Notes under the pieces: model-generated
Told to the model about the DNA's origin: nothing
The model's database searches: none
The model's input: only the letters and a program-made list of their open reading frames with translations
Shown here: one piece after another, positions 1 to 11,379 of the stretch
Layout: each line of letters begins with the position of its first letter
Numbering within the stretch: position 1 is the first letter of the stretch
Assembly (NCBI RefSeq): GCF_001194135.2
Contig: NC_068999.1
Location: 12,873,869-12,915,100, forward strand
DNA: 41,232 nucleotides
DNA from: Octopus bimaculoides
Taxonomy: Eukaryota
Direction: 5' to 3'
Program-made: the position numbers and the translations under genes

Positions 1-29
1 ATATATACATACATATATATATATAATAA

Positions 30-155
30 TAACAACAGACGAGGACAGGTGGTGTAAATAACAACAGTGTATATTAGTATGACGCTCGGGAATACGGAAA
101 GTCTTTGACGTTTCGAGCTACGCTCTTCAACAGAAAGAATACGGAGACAAGGAGA
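30..155 (-). mobile_element. Interspersed repeat remnant, probable Penelope-like element terminal repeat, carrying a minimal hammerhead-like motif (101-140)
   Basis: Homologous to 31150-31275 (shared 19-mer TACGCTCTTCAACAGAAAG plus flanking similarity). The minus strand reads TCTTT-CTGTTGA-A-GAGC-GTA-GCTC-GAAA-C-GTC-AAAGA. The Penelope assignment is inferred from this hammerhead-type signature. Confidence 0.5.
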
Positions 156-239
156 AAACACGGTATGTATGTATGTATGTATGTATGTATATGTATATAT
201 ATTATATGGTGGTTTTCTACTACATAAACAGAGTCTAAC

Positions 240-3000
240 CACTTCTTGTACTTATACTTTAGATCCATCATGTCGTCTGGAGAGGCTTGCTAATCCAAGC
301 AGTGTATTGGAAGATACCCACATAGTTTGCATATGTGATATGGATCACCAGGAGATGCAGTTAAGTTATGATATTTATGGTATGAAAATATATTTTGAGT
401 CCTCAGATTTGCAGACATCATGGCATACACGGAATTGAAATGTGTGCACAAATATATAGGTTGAGTAGTTGCTGGAGATTTGTTTTTCATGGGTCTGCAA
501 ATGAGATTTGAGCCCAGCAAAAGAAAGACATGATCTTTCACAAACTGCGTACACAAAAAATATCGCTGAGATTCACCTTCTCACTCACTGCGCGCAACAT
601 CCTTCTTTAAATCCCTCTTGACCCTTACGTTATTAATCCTGGCCTCCTGAAAAGCTCTCACTCCACACCACAGTAGCTCGCCATCCAGTTTGTTTGGGAC
701 CATTCCAAAGGACTCATTTAAACCTCTTTTTCCCATCACATTAAAACAGTTGTTTACGTGTGCATTCATCCGACATTCGATCTATATGGCCAGAATAACT
801 CATTCAATTTTTCAGAATCATTGATTTTATGAAAGTGATGTTTTTGGACGCAAAGACATCAATGTCTGTAGTAAAACAGCTTCATTTCATGTTTAAAACG
901 CAGCGAAGGCATTTTTGGTGGAATTGTTCTAACACTTTGAAATGCATTTCATAACACGTCAATGTTTCAGAGGAATATAACAGGGATGGTAAGGCAAACC
1001 ATTTGTTACGAGTCGATCTTGTGATGTTTTTAAATGTAATTTCCGCCAAATGAGTGACTCCAAATCGACAAATGCCTGGGCTACCCTTTGATTACGCAGA
1101 TGTATTTCTTTCTGCTTCACTTTGTACTCATAGCGAAAATTTTAGGGAGGTCGCAAACAGCATCACTTCCAGATTGATACATGACTAGTGATTCTAACAA
1201 ACCTGCGGTGAAACCAAAATCTACATTCTGAGTCAAATACACAAGATATTGTTTTGAATTTCAGTCCGGTCAGATTGAAAACATTACCTGTTGTACGATA
1301 TTTTATTTAAATATTTCTTTCGAGTTTTGAAAACTGATTAGCAGCAAATTATATTGCAAAGGTGGAGGGTGCTTGGTGGTCTTCTTGCTTTACTCCATTT
1401 TCTATGTCAAAAGATTCGGAAATCCTAACACCAAAATAAAGTATAGCTTTGATCATGCATGCAACCATTTCTGGGCAACATATTTTACTCAGAATTAGCC
1501 ACTGAAAATTTCGATTAACAGTATCGAATGCTTGCCTAAATCAACAAAACAGTCGTTTAGGGCAAGATTCTGTTCAATGAAATTCTGTTGAAATTGTCTG
1601 ATAGTAAAGATACAATCAACTGTGCCCATGGAGGGGCGAAAAACACAGACGTTATATTTTGGAACGCATCCAACCGTTCTAACTGAAAGCGGGCAAGTAC
1701 CTTTCCAACTAGAGACAAAAGCGAAATCCCACGAAAATTACAACAAAAAATTCTTTAGCCCCGATTTATGCAAGGAAACTAAATTAACATCGAGGAAATT
1801 CCTTAGTTCTTCAACAATGACAAATTAATATATTTAAGAGTTCAAACATTTTGCCACCCCCATATTTCAAGACCTCTTCACAGATTCCATAAAAGACTGG
1901 ATAGTTATTGTTATTCAGATGTCGTACGCAATTTGAATCCCAGTGAAAAAATTCCAGCCACAAATACTTTTGTTTTGAAATATTCACACAGATCCTCTGT
2001 ACCGAGATTGACACTTTCTATAGCATCGTGGAATCTTTACAAGTTGCTTCGTAATTTGAAGTTTGCAACATTTAACTTTTTGTGGACATTAGGACTAGAC
2101 TGTCGACGTCTACGCATTAGACGATATTTAGTGCAGCACCCTGCTCCACCCGTAGCCATAACACTGGAAAAAAAAATTCACATCACGCTTTCTGATCAAA
2201 ATATAATCTATGAGATACGAGTCCTCAGACCTTGGGTGCATCCAGGTGACTTTATATTTATATTTCTGATTAAACCGTGTATTGGGAACAATCCAATTAT
2301 TCTCAGCGCAAATCATCAAAACAGCTACACCATTTTTATCACATTTTCCAATCCCGTGTCGGGAAAAAGAGGCCAGGAAATGTAATCCTTTCCAACTCCT
2401 GCGTTGACATCTCAAGATGTGACTGGTTTGTCGGAACCTGGTACTTTCCTCAATAATTGTGCTAGATCATCATAACAAATTTCCTACAGTTTAATCAGAA
2501 TGAGACATTGTTGGTGCATAAGTACTGACAACAGCAAGAAACCTACATTTTGTCAGTTTTATACAGCATTACGTGATTCGTTCAGATATACCACTTCGAT
2601 ATTCTGTAATGGAGGATACCAATGAATGATTGAGAACAAACCAAACACCTTTTCTCTACACTTACTTTCATGTAGGTCTCGCCAAATGATAGTGTATCCA
2701 TAAGTAGGTTCATTTATTTGACAATGGCGAGATAGACAAGTATCAGAGAGCGTAACTATATCAAAGGAATATGAATGTGTTGAGCTCACGTGCAATAAGT
2801 GCAGTACTCCTTTCTTTCCTATTGTTGAAATTATCATCTAGAAGAGTGCGCATATTCCTACAGCCAAATTTCAGATATTTATTTTTCGTATTCTTGAAGA
2901 TTGTTTGACCACGGTGGCAGCATGTCGACCAGGTCCCGCCTGTGATACACTGGAACACCTGTCGAGGCAGACCTGTGCCCTTGACGGCCATAAGACATTT
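240..3000 (-). mobile_element. Decayed RTE-clade (BovB-like) LINE, near-complete ORF with stops, frameshifts and internal deletions
   Basis: Minus-strand translations in the expected order. APE endonuclease: GCRNMRTLLD..ERSTALIAREL (~2830-2880) and TWMHPRSEDSYLIDYILIRKRD (~2180-2250). RT: SLVGKVLAR (~1690-1715), CVFRPSMGTVDCIFTIRQFQ (~1585-1650), FDIENGVKQ (~1385-1415), YRTTGNVFNL (~1270-1300), degenerate LFADD as VMLFA (~1150-1170). C-terminal: LEQFHQKCLRCVLN (~890-935), then C2H2-like fingers at 270-560. Confidence 0.9.
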
Positions 3001-3390
3001 TTGCCATTTACTGAATCTGTCTGTGACATTTCGGAGTAAGGTCCAAGTGCAATTTTAGGTTTTAACCAACAATTTTAATACGTTTACTAAGATTTGATGT
3101 ACAAGAGGTACCTGTGAAAACGAATAATTTTCAATGAGTGTAGCTTGCACTGCACTATTCCCACTTATTGGCCCAAGTAGACCTTAACCGGGGTGACATG
3201 GGAATTGACAAACCGGGGACTTCCTCAAGTTTTATGTTGGATATTTCGTTTACTTAGATTACAAACCAATGTTAAAGAGATTAGAAACCAACACCCAAAG
3301 ATGCTATAGAGTGATGAAACATCATCCCGGTGTCCGACGCGGTGCAGCTCACGCATACGTTGAAAAACAAATGACGTAAAGGATACGTAA

Positions 3391-3468
3391 CACACACATA
3401 CACGCATGCACACACGCACACACACACACATACACACACACACACATATCCACACACACACACACACA
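3391..3468. repeat. (CA)n microsatellite
   Basis: Direct reading of an imperfect CA dinucleotide run. Confidence 0.95.
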
Positions 3469-3470
3469 GA

Positions 3471-3610
3471 GGACTGGGTTTGTGCTAAGAAGCTTACTTT
3501 CGAACCACATGATAATAGGTTCAGTCACACTTCCCAACACCCTGGGCAAATGTCTGTCTCTATAGCCCAAGGCCGACAATAGACGTGCGATTTGTTCAAC
3601 GGAAACGAAA
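3471..3610 (+). mobile_element. Degenerate tRNA-derived SINE, 5' head and core fragment
   Basis: tRNA-like head with a B-box remnant (GGTTCAGTC), followed by CACCCTGGGCAAATGTCTGTCTCTATAGCC. This matches the core CCTTGGGCAAGTGTCTTCTACTATAG at 20714-20739. Confidence 0.7.
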
Positions 3611-3695
3611 ACAAATCAAATATCTATCTATCTATCTATCGACTTATCTATTTATATATAAATACATACGTACATACTTACATACATACATATAT

Positions 3696-4220
3696 NNNNN
3701 NNNNNNNNNNNNNNNNNNNNNNNNNNNNNNNNNNNNNNNNNNNNNNNNNNNNNNNNNNNNNNNNNNNNNNNNNNNNNNNNNNNNNNNNNNNNNNNNNNNN
3801 NNNNNNNNNNNNNNNNNNNNNNNNNNNNNNNNNNNNNNNNNNNNNNNNNNNNNNNNNNNNNNNNNNNNNNNNNNNNNNNNNNNNNNNNNNNNNNNNNNNN
3901 NNNNNNNNNNNNNNNNNNNNNNNNNNNNNNNNNNNNNNNNNNNNNNNNNNNNNNNNNNNNNNNNNNNNNNNNNNNNNNNNNNNNNNNNNNNNNNNNNNNN
4001 NNNNNNNNNNNNNNNNNNNNNNNNNNNNNNNNNNNNNNNNNNNNNNNNNNNNNNNNNNNNNNNNNNNNNNNNNNNNNNNNNNNNNNNNNNNNNNNNNNNN
4101 NNNNNNNNNNNNNNNNNNNNNNNNNNNNNNNNNNNNNNNNNNNNNNNNNNNNNNNNNNNNNNNNNNNNNNNNNNNNNNNNNNNNNNNNNNNNNNNNNNNN
4201 NNNNNNNNNNNNNNNNNNNN
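3696..4220. other. Assembly gap (N run). Others at 13231-13448, 14257-14453, 15819-16766, 18956-19330, 25747-26456, 27649-27658, 29639-30112, 33062-33227, 34752-35273 and 40740-40749
   Basis: N characters, most bounded by (AT)n, (CA)n or (AAT)n tracts, typical of short-read scaffolding. Confidence 1.
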
Positions 4221-4273
<53 letters not shown>

Positions 4274-4939
4274 CACATATATACATACAGATAGCTATAG
4301 ATATATGTGTGTATGCATGTATGCGTATATATGTGTGTGTGTTTTGTGTGTCTATGCATATATGTGTGTGTGTATGTGTTATAGGTCTACGTAATTTGGT
4401 CAATAGAAAATTATGTAGGATAGATGCCTATGTTTCTGGCATAGAAAACGTGACCACATTCTTAGAAAGAAAATATTCTAACTATCCACTGACGACTGCG
4501 TCCATATTTTCAATAAACTTTACAAAATTGAGACTAAAATTCATGCATTCTTGTAGCACGTCTATAGAAAACTTAATTTGCTATACGTACATTCAATGCC
4601 ATTCGTAAAGGGAAGCAGGAAGATTTTCCCCATTTATTTTATTGCTGGCCAGCATATTTGCATGATTTTATAATATAGAAAGAATAATGTATATCATTCG
4701 TTGCTGAGATGTTATCATTTTCAATTACCTCTACGAAAATTCTAAGCACTACAAATAATACTCTAAAATATGTATATAGCTTATATACATATGGCTTGTA
4801 TAATACAAGCCATATTTATCTTTTATTCCATATGTTCATATGTCACTGTTTGTCTGTCTGTGTCTTTGTTTGACTGTTTTTTTCCCATGTATGATCATGT
4901 GTTTGTGTATATTACTTTTTATTCTATATTTCATTATAG

Positions 4940-5026
4940 CAAAGACGAAAAAGTCTGGTGTACAATGTATTTAGATTTCAGAAGCAAGCAAATTGACAAC
5001 AACGGACTTTTAATGCAATGTAATCT
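4940..5026 (+). CDS. Internal coding exon (phase 2-2) of an unidentified host gene: KDEKVWCTMYLDFRSKQIDNNGLLMQCN
   Basis: T-rich acceptor TTTTTATTCTATATTTCATTATAG| and an 87-nt open frame with normal protein-like composition. The donor CT|GTAATG is weak. It splices in frame to 5975. Confidence 0.5.
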
Positions 5027-5974
5027 GTAATGTATTCTATTCCCTCCATATTGCTTAGGTGAATGGAGATAATATAGCTTATATAACAATACTACACATA
5101 TTTAGACGATACACTATATCTTAGAGAATTATATATCTGTAAATTGTCTTAGAAAAATTAATATATCCAAATTTTAATTATCGTGATTTCTATTAAGACA
5201 TACAAATGATACTAACGTATTTATAATATATTAAAACATACCTTACTAAAATGTATTAATGCTATTTTTTCCCAAACGTATTATAATGCTTATTTTTAAA
5301 TAAAGAAAAGATAAACTTTACATATCATATGTGTAGATATTACACAATTGTAGTTTACGCACATTTCCAGTTTTAATGGATTTTCAGAATAAGCAGGGCA
5401 TGAAAGCCATTTCTTATATGTAATTTCTATATTTCCATATGTACTCTTTAGGAATGTCTTTGTAAAATGTTGTTCTGTGTTGCCAAACTGAAGGAGGAAC
5501 AATCAGATTTTCTTAGGTTTCTTGAATTTCGAAATATATCAAAATTATCTTTTAATTATACATTAATGGAAGTGTACATTAGTTTAGTTTGTTTTCCTCA
5601 CAATTTAGTTTTATATTACTATATGTTTCTCTGAACTTGACTGCAATTTAAAACATTTTACTTTTAAAAATGGTTCGACTGCCTGTTTCATTCGAAAGTC
5701 GTCCAACAAGAGTGGTATGTTCTGATGGATAATATTGTATGCTTTTGTGTCTCTTCGATTATGTGTTGATATGAAAGACGAAGTTTTCTGTGTGTCAGGG
5801 AGTTAATTAACAACAAACAACACGAGGACAAATATCCGTCAATTGTAAATAATGTAAATAATGTATGTAATTCCTGATCTCTTAGATATAGAAAGGTAGT
5901 TACTTGTCACTGTATTTCATCGTAAATTGGATACTGTAAATAATGTTGTTGATGAAATTTTTAAATTCCAACAG

Positions 5975-6036
5975 TTGGTCCAGTTTCTGTGACCACAGGA
6001 TGACACAATCATCCAGGAAGCATTTCCAGTTGGCGA
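5975..6036 (+). CDS. Internal coding exon (phase 2-1): (L)WSSFCDHRMTQSSRKHFQLA
   Basis: Acceptor TTTTTAAATTCCAACAG| and consensus donor CGA|GTAAGT. Only one of three frames is open, and it is the one compatible with both neighbouring exons. Confidence 0.62.
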
Positions 6037-6179
6037 GTAAGTTTTCTGGATGTTCTCACCCAATATTAGTCTGGCGTGTTCGTAAATTTTAATTTCCAAG
6101 TATTCCATGACATGGTCAGAAAAAGTAGGCGATACCCATTTTTATCTGTAGGTGTTTTCGTTGAAGTTTAAAAAGTTAC

Positions 6180-6335
6180 GTATATACACACGCACATACA
6201 TACACACACACACACGCGTAGACACACACACACTTACACATACACACTCACATACACTTACACACACTCGCACGCATTTACACAGACTCACACATATTTA
6301 CGCACACTCACACACAATTACACGCACTCACACAC

Positions 6336-6377
<42 letters not shown>

Positions 6378-6385
6378 ACACACAT
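6180..6385. repeat. Imperfect (CA)n microsatellite
   Basis: Direct reading. Confidence 0.9.
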
Positions 6386-6402
6386 ATAATTATGTATATA
6401 TG

Positions 6403-6830
6403 AAAGTGTATTCTGCTCTAGCCTCGGGTCGACAAACCCTTCTAATTGGTTTTGGTGGGTGGCAACTGAAAGGTGTCTTTCGTTTATAAATATAATATAT
6501 ATTTATATAAATGTAAGTACACAGACACACAAAGACACACAGTTACATACATACACACGCATATATGAATATATTTTTACATGTTTGTCTGTGCATGTGT
6601 GTGTCAATGTGCCTGTGTTTCCCACCCACCGCCTCTTGATAATCGACATTGGTGTGTTTACTCGCCCATATCATGTGTTTCGACAAAGCAATTTGAAAGA
6701 ATATGTAACAGGCTTAAAAGAGAATGGGGTCGATTCATTTGACTAATATTCTTCAAGGTTATGCCCTAGAATGACCGCAGTTTATTAATGGCAACATATG
6801 AAAGATAAAAGACAAATGGTATATTAATGC
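6403..6830 (+). mobile_element. Degenerate SINE body and 3' end with an internal AT/CA microsatellite expansion
   Basis: Begins with a core-like AAGTGTATTCTGCTCTAGCCTCGGGTCGAC, homologous to 3545-3580. The 3' segment contains GGGGTCGATTCATTTGACTAA..CCCTAGAATGACCGCAG, resembling the GGGGTCGAT motif in other SINE copies here. Confidence 0.65.
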
Positions 6831-6964
6831 AAATAAATTTAATATGAGGAGATAAAGATGTATAATGGACATTGCTTATTCATTCAGATCCATGGCAAAC
6901 ATTAAACAACACCTACGTTTTATTAGTTAATATAAGAGCTATGGAGATGATTATGTTAACGTTA

Positions 6965-6973
6965 AAAATAATG

Positions 6974-7030
<57 letters not shown>
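6965..7030. repeat. (AAT)n microsatellite
   Basis: Direct reading. Confidence 0.95.
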
Positions 7031-7034
<4 letters not shown>

Positions 7035-7352
7035 TAATAGGATATTATTATAAAAGATCAGATAAAAATGATGTGTTTATTGATTGACATGATTATTCCT
7101 TGCGATCACCATACATCGGCAAACGAAATTAAGAAGATCAGTAAATATAAAGACTTTCTAATAGAAATTGAAAAAAACAAATATGGCATCTCAAGGCAAC
7201 TACCGTACCAGTGATTGTAGGATCTCTTGCAATGATTAAAAAAATGTACTGAAATGTATTTGAAAATGATACCAGGCTTACCATCCCAACAGGAAGAGCA
7301 AAAATCGTATTAACTGGCCGACTCATGTACTGAGAAGAGCATTATCGCTGAG
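7030..7352 (+). mobile_element. R4/Dong-type non-LTR retrotransposon, 3' fragment (restriction-like endonuclease domain)
   Basis: Translates with frameshifts to ..MCLLIDMIIPCDHHTSANEIKKISKYKDFLIEIEK..WHLKATTVPVIVGSLAMIKK..MIPGLPSQQEEQKIVL..HVLRRALS. This fits the PD-(D/E)xK REL tail (ID..P.D....E..K..KY..L..E) of R2/R4-group elements. Confidence 0.8.
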
Positions 7353-7502
7353 AAAACAACATACATTCATGGATTTATTTCATTATTAATATTTAAATAC
7401 ATATTTTAAATCTGAAGTTGCGTGTGTAAACTGGGAATACATACAATGAGATTCTGTACCCTAGGTGTACGGAAAACACTAGGTGAGAAATGGAAGATAA
7501 TT

Positions 7503-7712
7503 TGAAGAAAGAAGGAGAAGAAGAAGAAGAAGAAGAAGAAGAAAAAAGAATAAGAATAAGAAGAAGAAAAAAATAAGAAGAAGAAGAAGAAGAAAAAAAA
7601 GAAGAAGAAGAAGAAGAAGAACAACAACAACAACAGCAACAACAACAACAACAGCAGGAATAATAACAACAATAACAACAACAACAATAATAATAATAAT
7701 AATAATAATAAT
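7503..7712. repeat. Compound (GAA)n/(CAA)n/(AAT)n microsatellite
   Basis: Direct reading. Confidence 0.95.
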
Positions 7713-8132
7713 TGAATTAGATATTTAGGAACTATGGTGAAAATATAGTGAATATTTTCATTTTATTAAATCTAATGAGACGAACATTAAATTGAAAGAC
7801 CTTACTGGATCCCATATTATAACATTTTTCACCATTCGCTGACACCGGAATTGAAATATAAGGGGAGAAAAAGTATTGCGTTTGCTGTCCATTTACATGG
7901 ACCAGATGTAAATGAGATTAACCAATAACATTTTAAATAATAGAACATTGTTGCTCACTACTATAAACGTATTAGCACTTTCCTCACATTAAATATGTCT
8001 CTTTTTTGTTGCACACCTATGGTATGGTATGATATCAGAGAGAGAAAATAGTAATTAAACACGCGTACGTTTTAATACGGAATACACTAATTTGAAACAT
8101 TTCCGGAAGTTGTATATTTTTGTTTTCTTTAG

Positions 8133-8172
8133 AACAAACATTGCTTAACGATATTGTCAAACTGAGTAAAAG
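8133..8172 (+). CDS. 40-nt internal coding exon (phase 1-2): (K)QTLLNDIVKLSK
   Basis: Strong acceptor TATATTTTTGTTTTCTTTAG| and strong donor AAAG|GTAAGC. The open frame matches the phases of both neighbours. Confidence 0.62.
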
Positions 8173-10696
8173 GTAAGCAACGTTTTAAACAATGAATGGT
8201 TTCAGATATCCTTTGGTGGATGAGATGCAATATAAAGAAATGTGTGTTTGTAAATCCTAAAATTATTGGAACATAATTATATACACAGCAACAACATTAG
8301 TCCGTAGAATTTATTTCATTGAGAATAACCCGTATTTATAAGGGGAATAAGTATCAGTTGAGCCATTGTCTGTGCTGTGAAAACATGTGATTTTAAGTTC
8401 AAGATTTTACTATATTAATTCTTTATTTATTGCTCATAACAGTCGGAAGTACACCGAGCACACGCTATGACCATTTTGTTTACAAATATTCTGTCATTTT
8501 TCCTTAATATCACAAATTCATGATACACCGAAACGGGAAATCATTTTGTTCCGAATACTAAATTATTCTTCCTAATGGGAATATCATTGATTTATGACGT
8601 TCTGAATATTCAAATTGTATGAAACTAGGGAGAAATAATTATTCAATCAGCACCACAATGACAACTTCCGCTGACATTAAATTATGCTATGCAAACCTGG
8701 CTATCGCAGCCAATTGGCAAATAATCTATCAAATTTCCCAGACCACCTAACGATAATTCTCACAAAACACGAATACATCAATAAAATCCAAAAAATACAT
8801 CACTTATATACGATGAAGTGTCCTGAAAAAACAACATCATACAAAAAGCAAACACTCAAAAATATAAGTATGCAACAGCACAAATACACTCATAGTAAAT
8901 GTCGTACGTACATTATACTTAATAGCTAGACTATAACAAAGATCACAGTCTAGGGAACATCATGAAAATGTAAATGAAAATGCAGAAATCTCCACCCACT
9001 TTAAAACGTAGCAGGTTCTTCATCAACCACATTCATTCGATACGCCCTACATGCAGAGCATATATTTTATCAGCCAATAAAATGAAATAGAAGTAAAAGT
9101 TATTAACCCACTGTCAACGCACGACAGCATTCACTACGAATTTCGCTTCTCAAATACGAGATCACATTTACGATCCGACTGGATCATATAGGGGTCAGTT
9201 AACATTTTCAATAATATCTCTTATATTTATAGCGTATGAGTGAATAGAGGCAATGAAAATAATATAGAACGATTTGGATGAAATACTCATGGAACAGTAG
9301 TTTCATATCTCATCAGATGTTTTCAGCTTGGAAAATATGTTCTGTGTACATATCCGTGGAATGCTGTACTATTATCGCTCTAATTCATCGATTATTGAAT
9401 TCATTTGATGGAAGAATACACATCATGGAAACCAACAGATAAGCAAACCGTCTATAAAGATACGTATCAAAAGAAATCACTGATATCTTCTATCATTATA
9501 GTCATGACGGTGAGCTACAACAGCATCAGAATAACAATTCCAAATAGCTTACATCGCAACATCAAATTGGCATATTGGTAAGAGCTTAAACAAACTTTAG
9601 TCGCCAACAAGGAATACAGAGAAAGAAAACAGAAAATTTGCAATTGAAATTTAGTCACACAATTCCTAACTGGCGAAAATGCCTGAATTCAGAATGTGAA
9701 TATTATTATACCTTAAATAATATGTTAACGATATTCGTACTATGTTTGTGTTTTAGATGATGTTACTGTAAATTCCGTTGTATACGTACACTTTTATGAT
9801 AGAGCGTGAAAATTGCTATGGTGAACTTATGAAATTGAGATGCACTCTAAATTAATAAAACACCGATATAGATCAGGGTTTGCACACCAACGGAGATTTC
9901 TATAGAAACAGATACCATAGGGACATACAAATTGAAAATAAGCATTGTTGATAATAGTGCCAAATACTCAGAACCTAACCGCTGCATAGTATCCCAAGAA
10001 TGGTAATGTGCAATAAAACGCAATTGTAATAAATTCATATGAATCATTGCGCTTTAAAGTACAAACATTAAAAAAAAAATCAATCGAGAAATGCGGTGTC
10101 TTAACATAAACTACAAAGTGAAATGAAAGAGTATAGATGCACCTAACAAAAATACATGTACACTTCAATAAGTAAACATATCTTCTACACATGTCTCTGA
10201 AATATAATGAATGACATTAACGCACTGATTTCGTTTCTTGCCTTCCTATACAAACTTTTCTCAACATCAGATTAGAAGGTATCACATTCTAATATATCTG
10301 TAGATTTAATCTAAATCTTTCTACCATTTGAACCACAGGTGCATGTCATAATTACCCCGAAATTATAGCTTACACTATCAGAAAGACCGCACTCCGGGTG
10401 GTTTTCTTCACGCCCCTTGATATTTTCACATTTGATTCCCATTTCTAACAACTTTTATATTTCACGTCAAATCGTTTCTTTGTATAATAGTGCTCACTTG
10501 CTTAGTAAGTATTGCTTTCAGTATTTTATCACAGTTATAATCTCTCTTATTTAAACAAACACCAAGGTGATCCAACAACAGAGGACGAAGCAGTTTGTCA
10601 AGTTTTACCTTCCCCTCAAAGCAACATAGAGATTACATTTCAGCTGCCCTTCTTTAAGACTTGCAGTATGTGTGTGAGTGTGTGTGTTAGAGGGAC

Positions 10697-10731
10697 GGAG
10701 AGAGAGAGAGAGAGTGAGAGAGAGAGAGAGA

Positions 10732-10775
<44 letters not shown>

Positions 10776-10789
10776 GAGAGAGAGAGAGA
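10697..10789. repeat. (GA)n microsatellite
   Basis: Direct reading. Confidence 0.95.
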
Positions 10790-11379
10790 ACATTGCAAAC
10801 AACGAATAAAATAAACAACATGAAATGAAAAAATTCGTATGAATAAAATGGCTTACTATAGATGTGTACGCCCCGAATTTGTTGCCTCAAAACATCCAGA
10901 CAAATGAATACTTTTTAACAAAAGTTTCTACAAATATCGCTTACATGTTGTGGTTTTAGAGTATATTGGGATTTGGGGGAAAGAATATTTGCGATGGGGT
11001 GGAGAGAGGGGTTTCAGAAATTTCGGTAACAGAAATAATGAACATTTGTTACAGAGGGAAAATTGATTTAAGCGTGATTAAGATGATGTTTGTAGCACAT
11101 TCCACGATAACCCACCATGTTTCTTTATCACTCTTGCATGCATTGATGTTTTTCAATACTATCCCGATGAATATGTTTGTATGCTATAAAAAATATTTGA
11201 GAAATTATGTATTTTTTGCAACCCCGATCCGTGCACCGGAATGTTTCTGTTAAGAACTTGACCAACTGGAGGCCTGTGAAGGTCATTGCTAGTATTTATC
11301 TACAGTGATTTGTAAAATTTACTGAGATCTACTTGCATAGCAAATACTTTGATCTGAGATCGTGGGTTTAAACAAAAAT

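Noticed and set aside
1933-2385. 150-aa + strand ORF
   Set aside because: Antisense shadow of the minus-strand RTE endonuclease region, with no independent motif.
3585-4608. Long ORFs spanning N runs (also 13023-13609, 14126-14695, 15717-16900, 18866-19777, 25665-26613, 29600-30164, 32749-33316, 34645-35587)
   Set aside because: They are open only because N and (AT)n, (CA)n or (AAT)n runs contain no stops. The translations are YI, HT or poly-I/L/N low complexity.
5690-5890. Segment with AACAAACAACACGAGGACA resembling the 30-155 repeat, and a CGACT..AGTCG stem
   Set aside because: Similarity is too short, and no complete hammerhead core could be assembled on either strand.
5917-6108. 63-aa minus-strand ORF
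   Set aside because: Overlaps the better-supported + strand exon 5975-6036 and has no recognisable motif.
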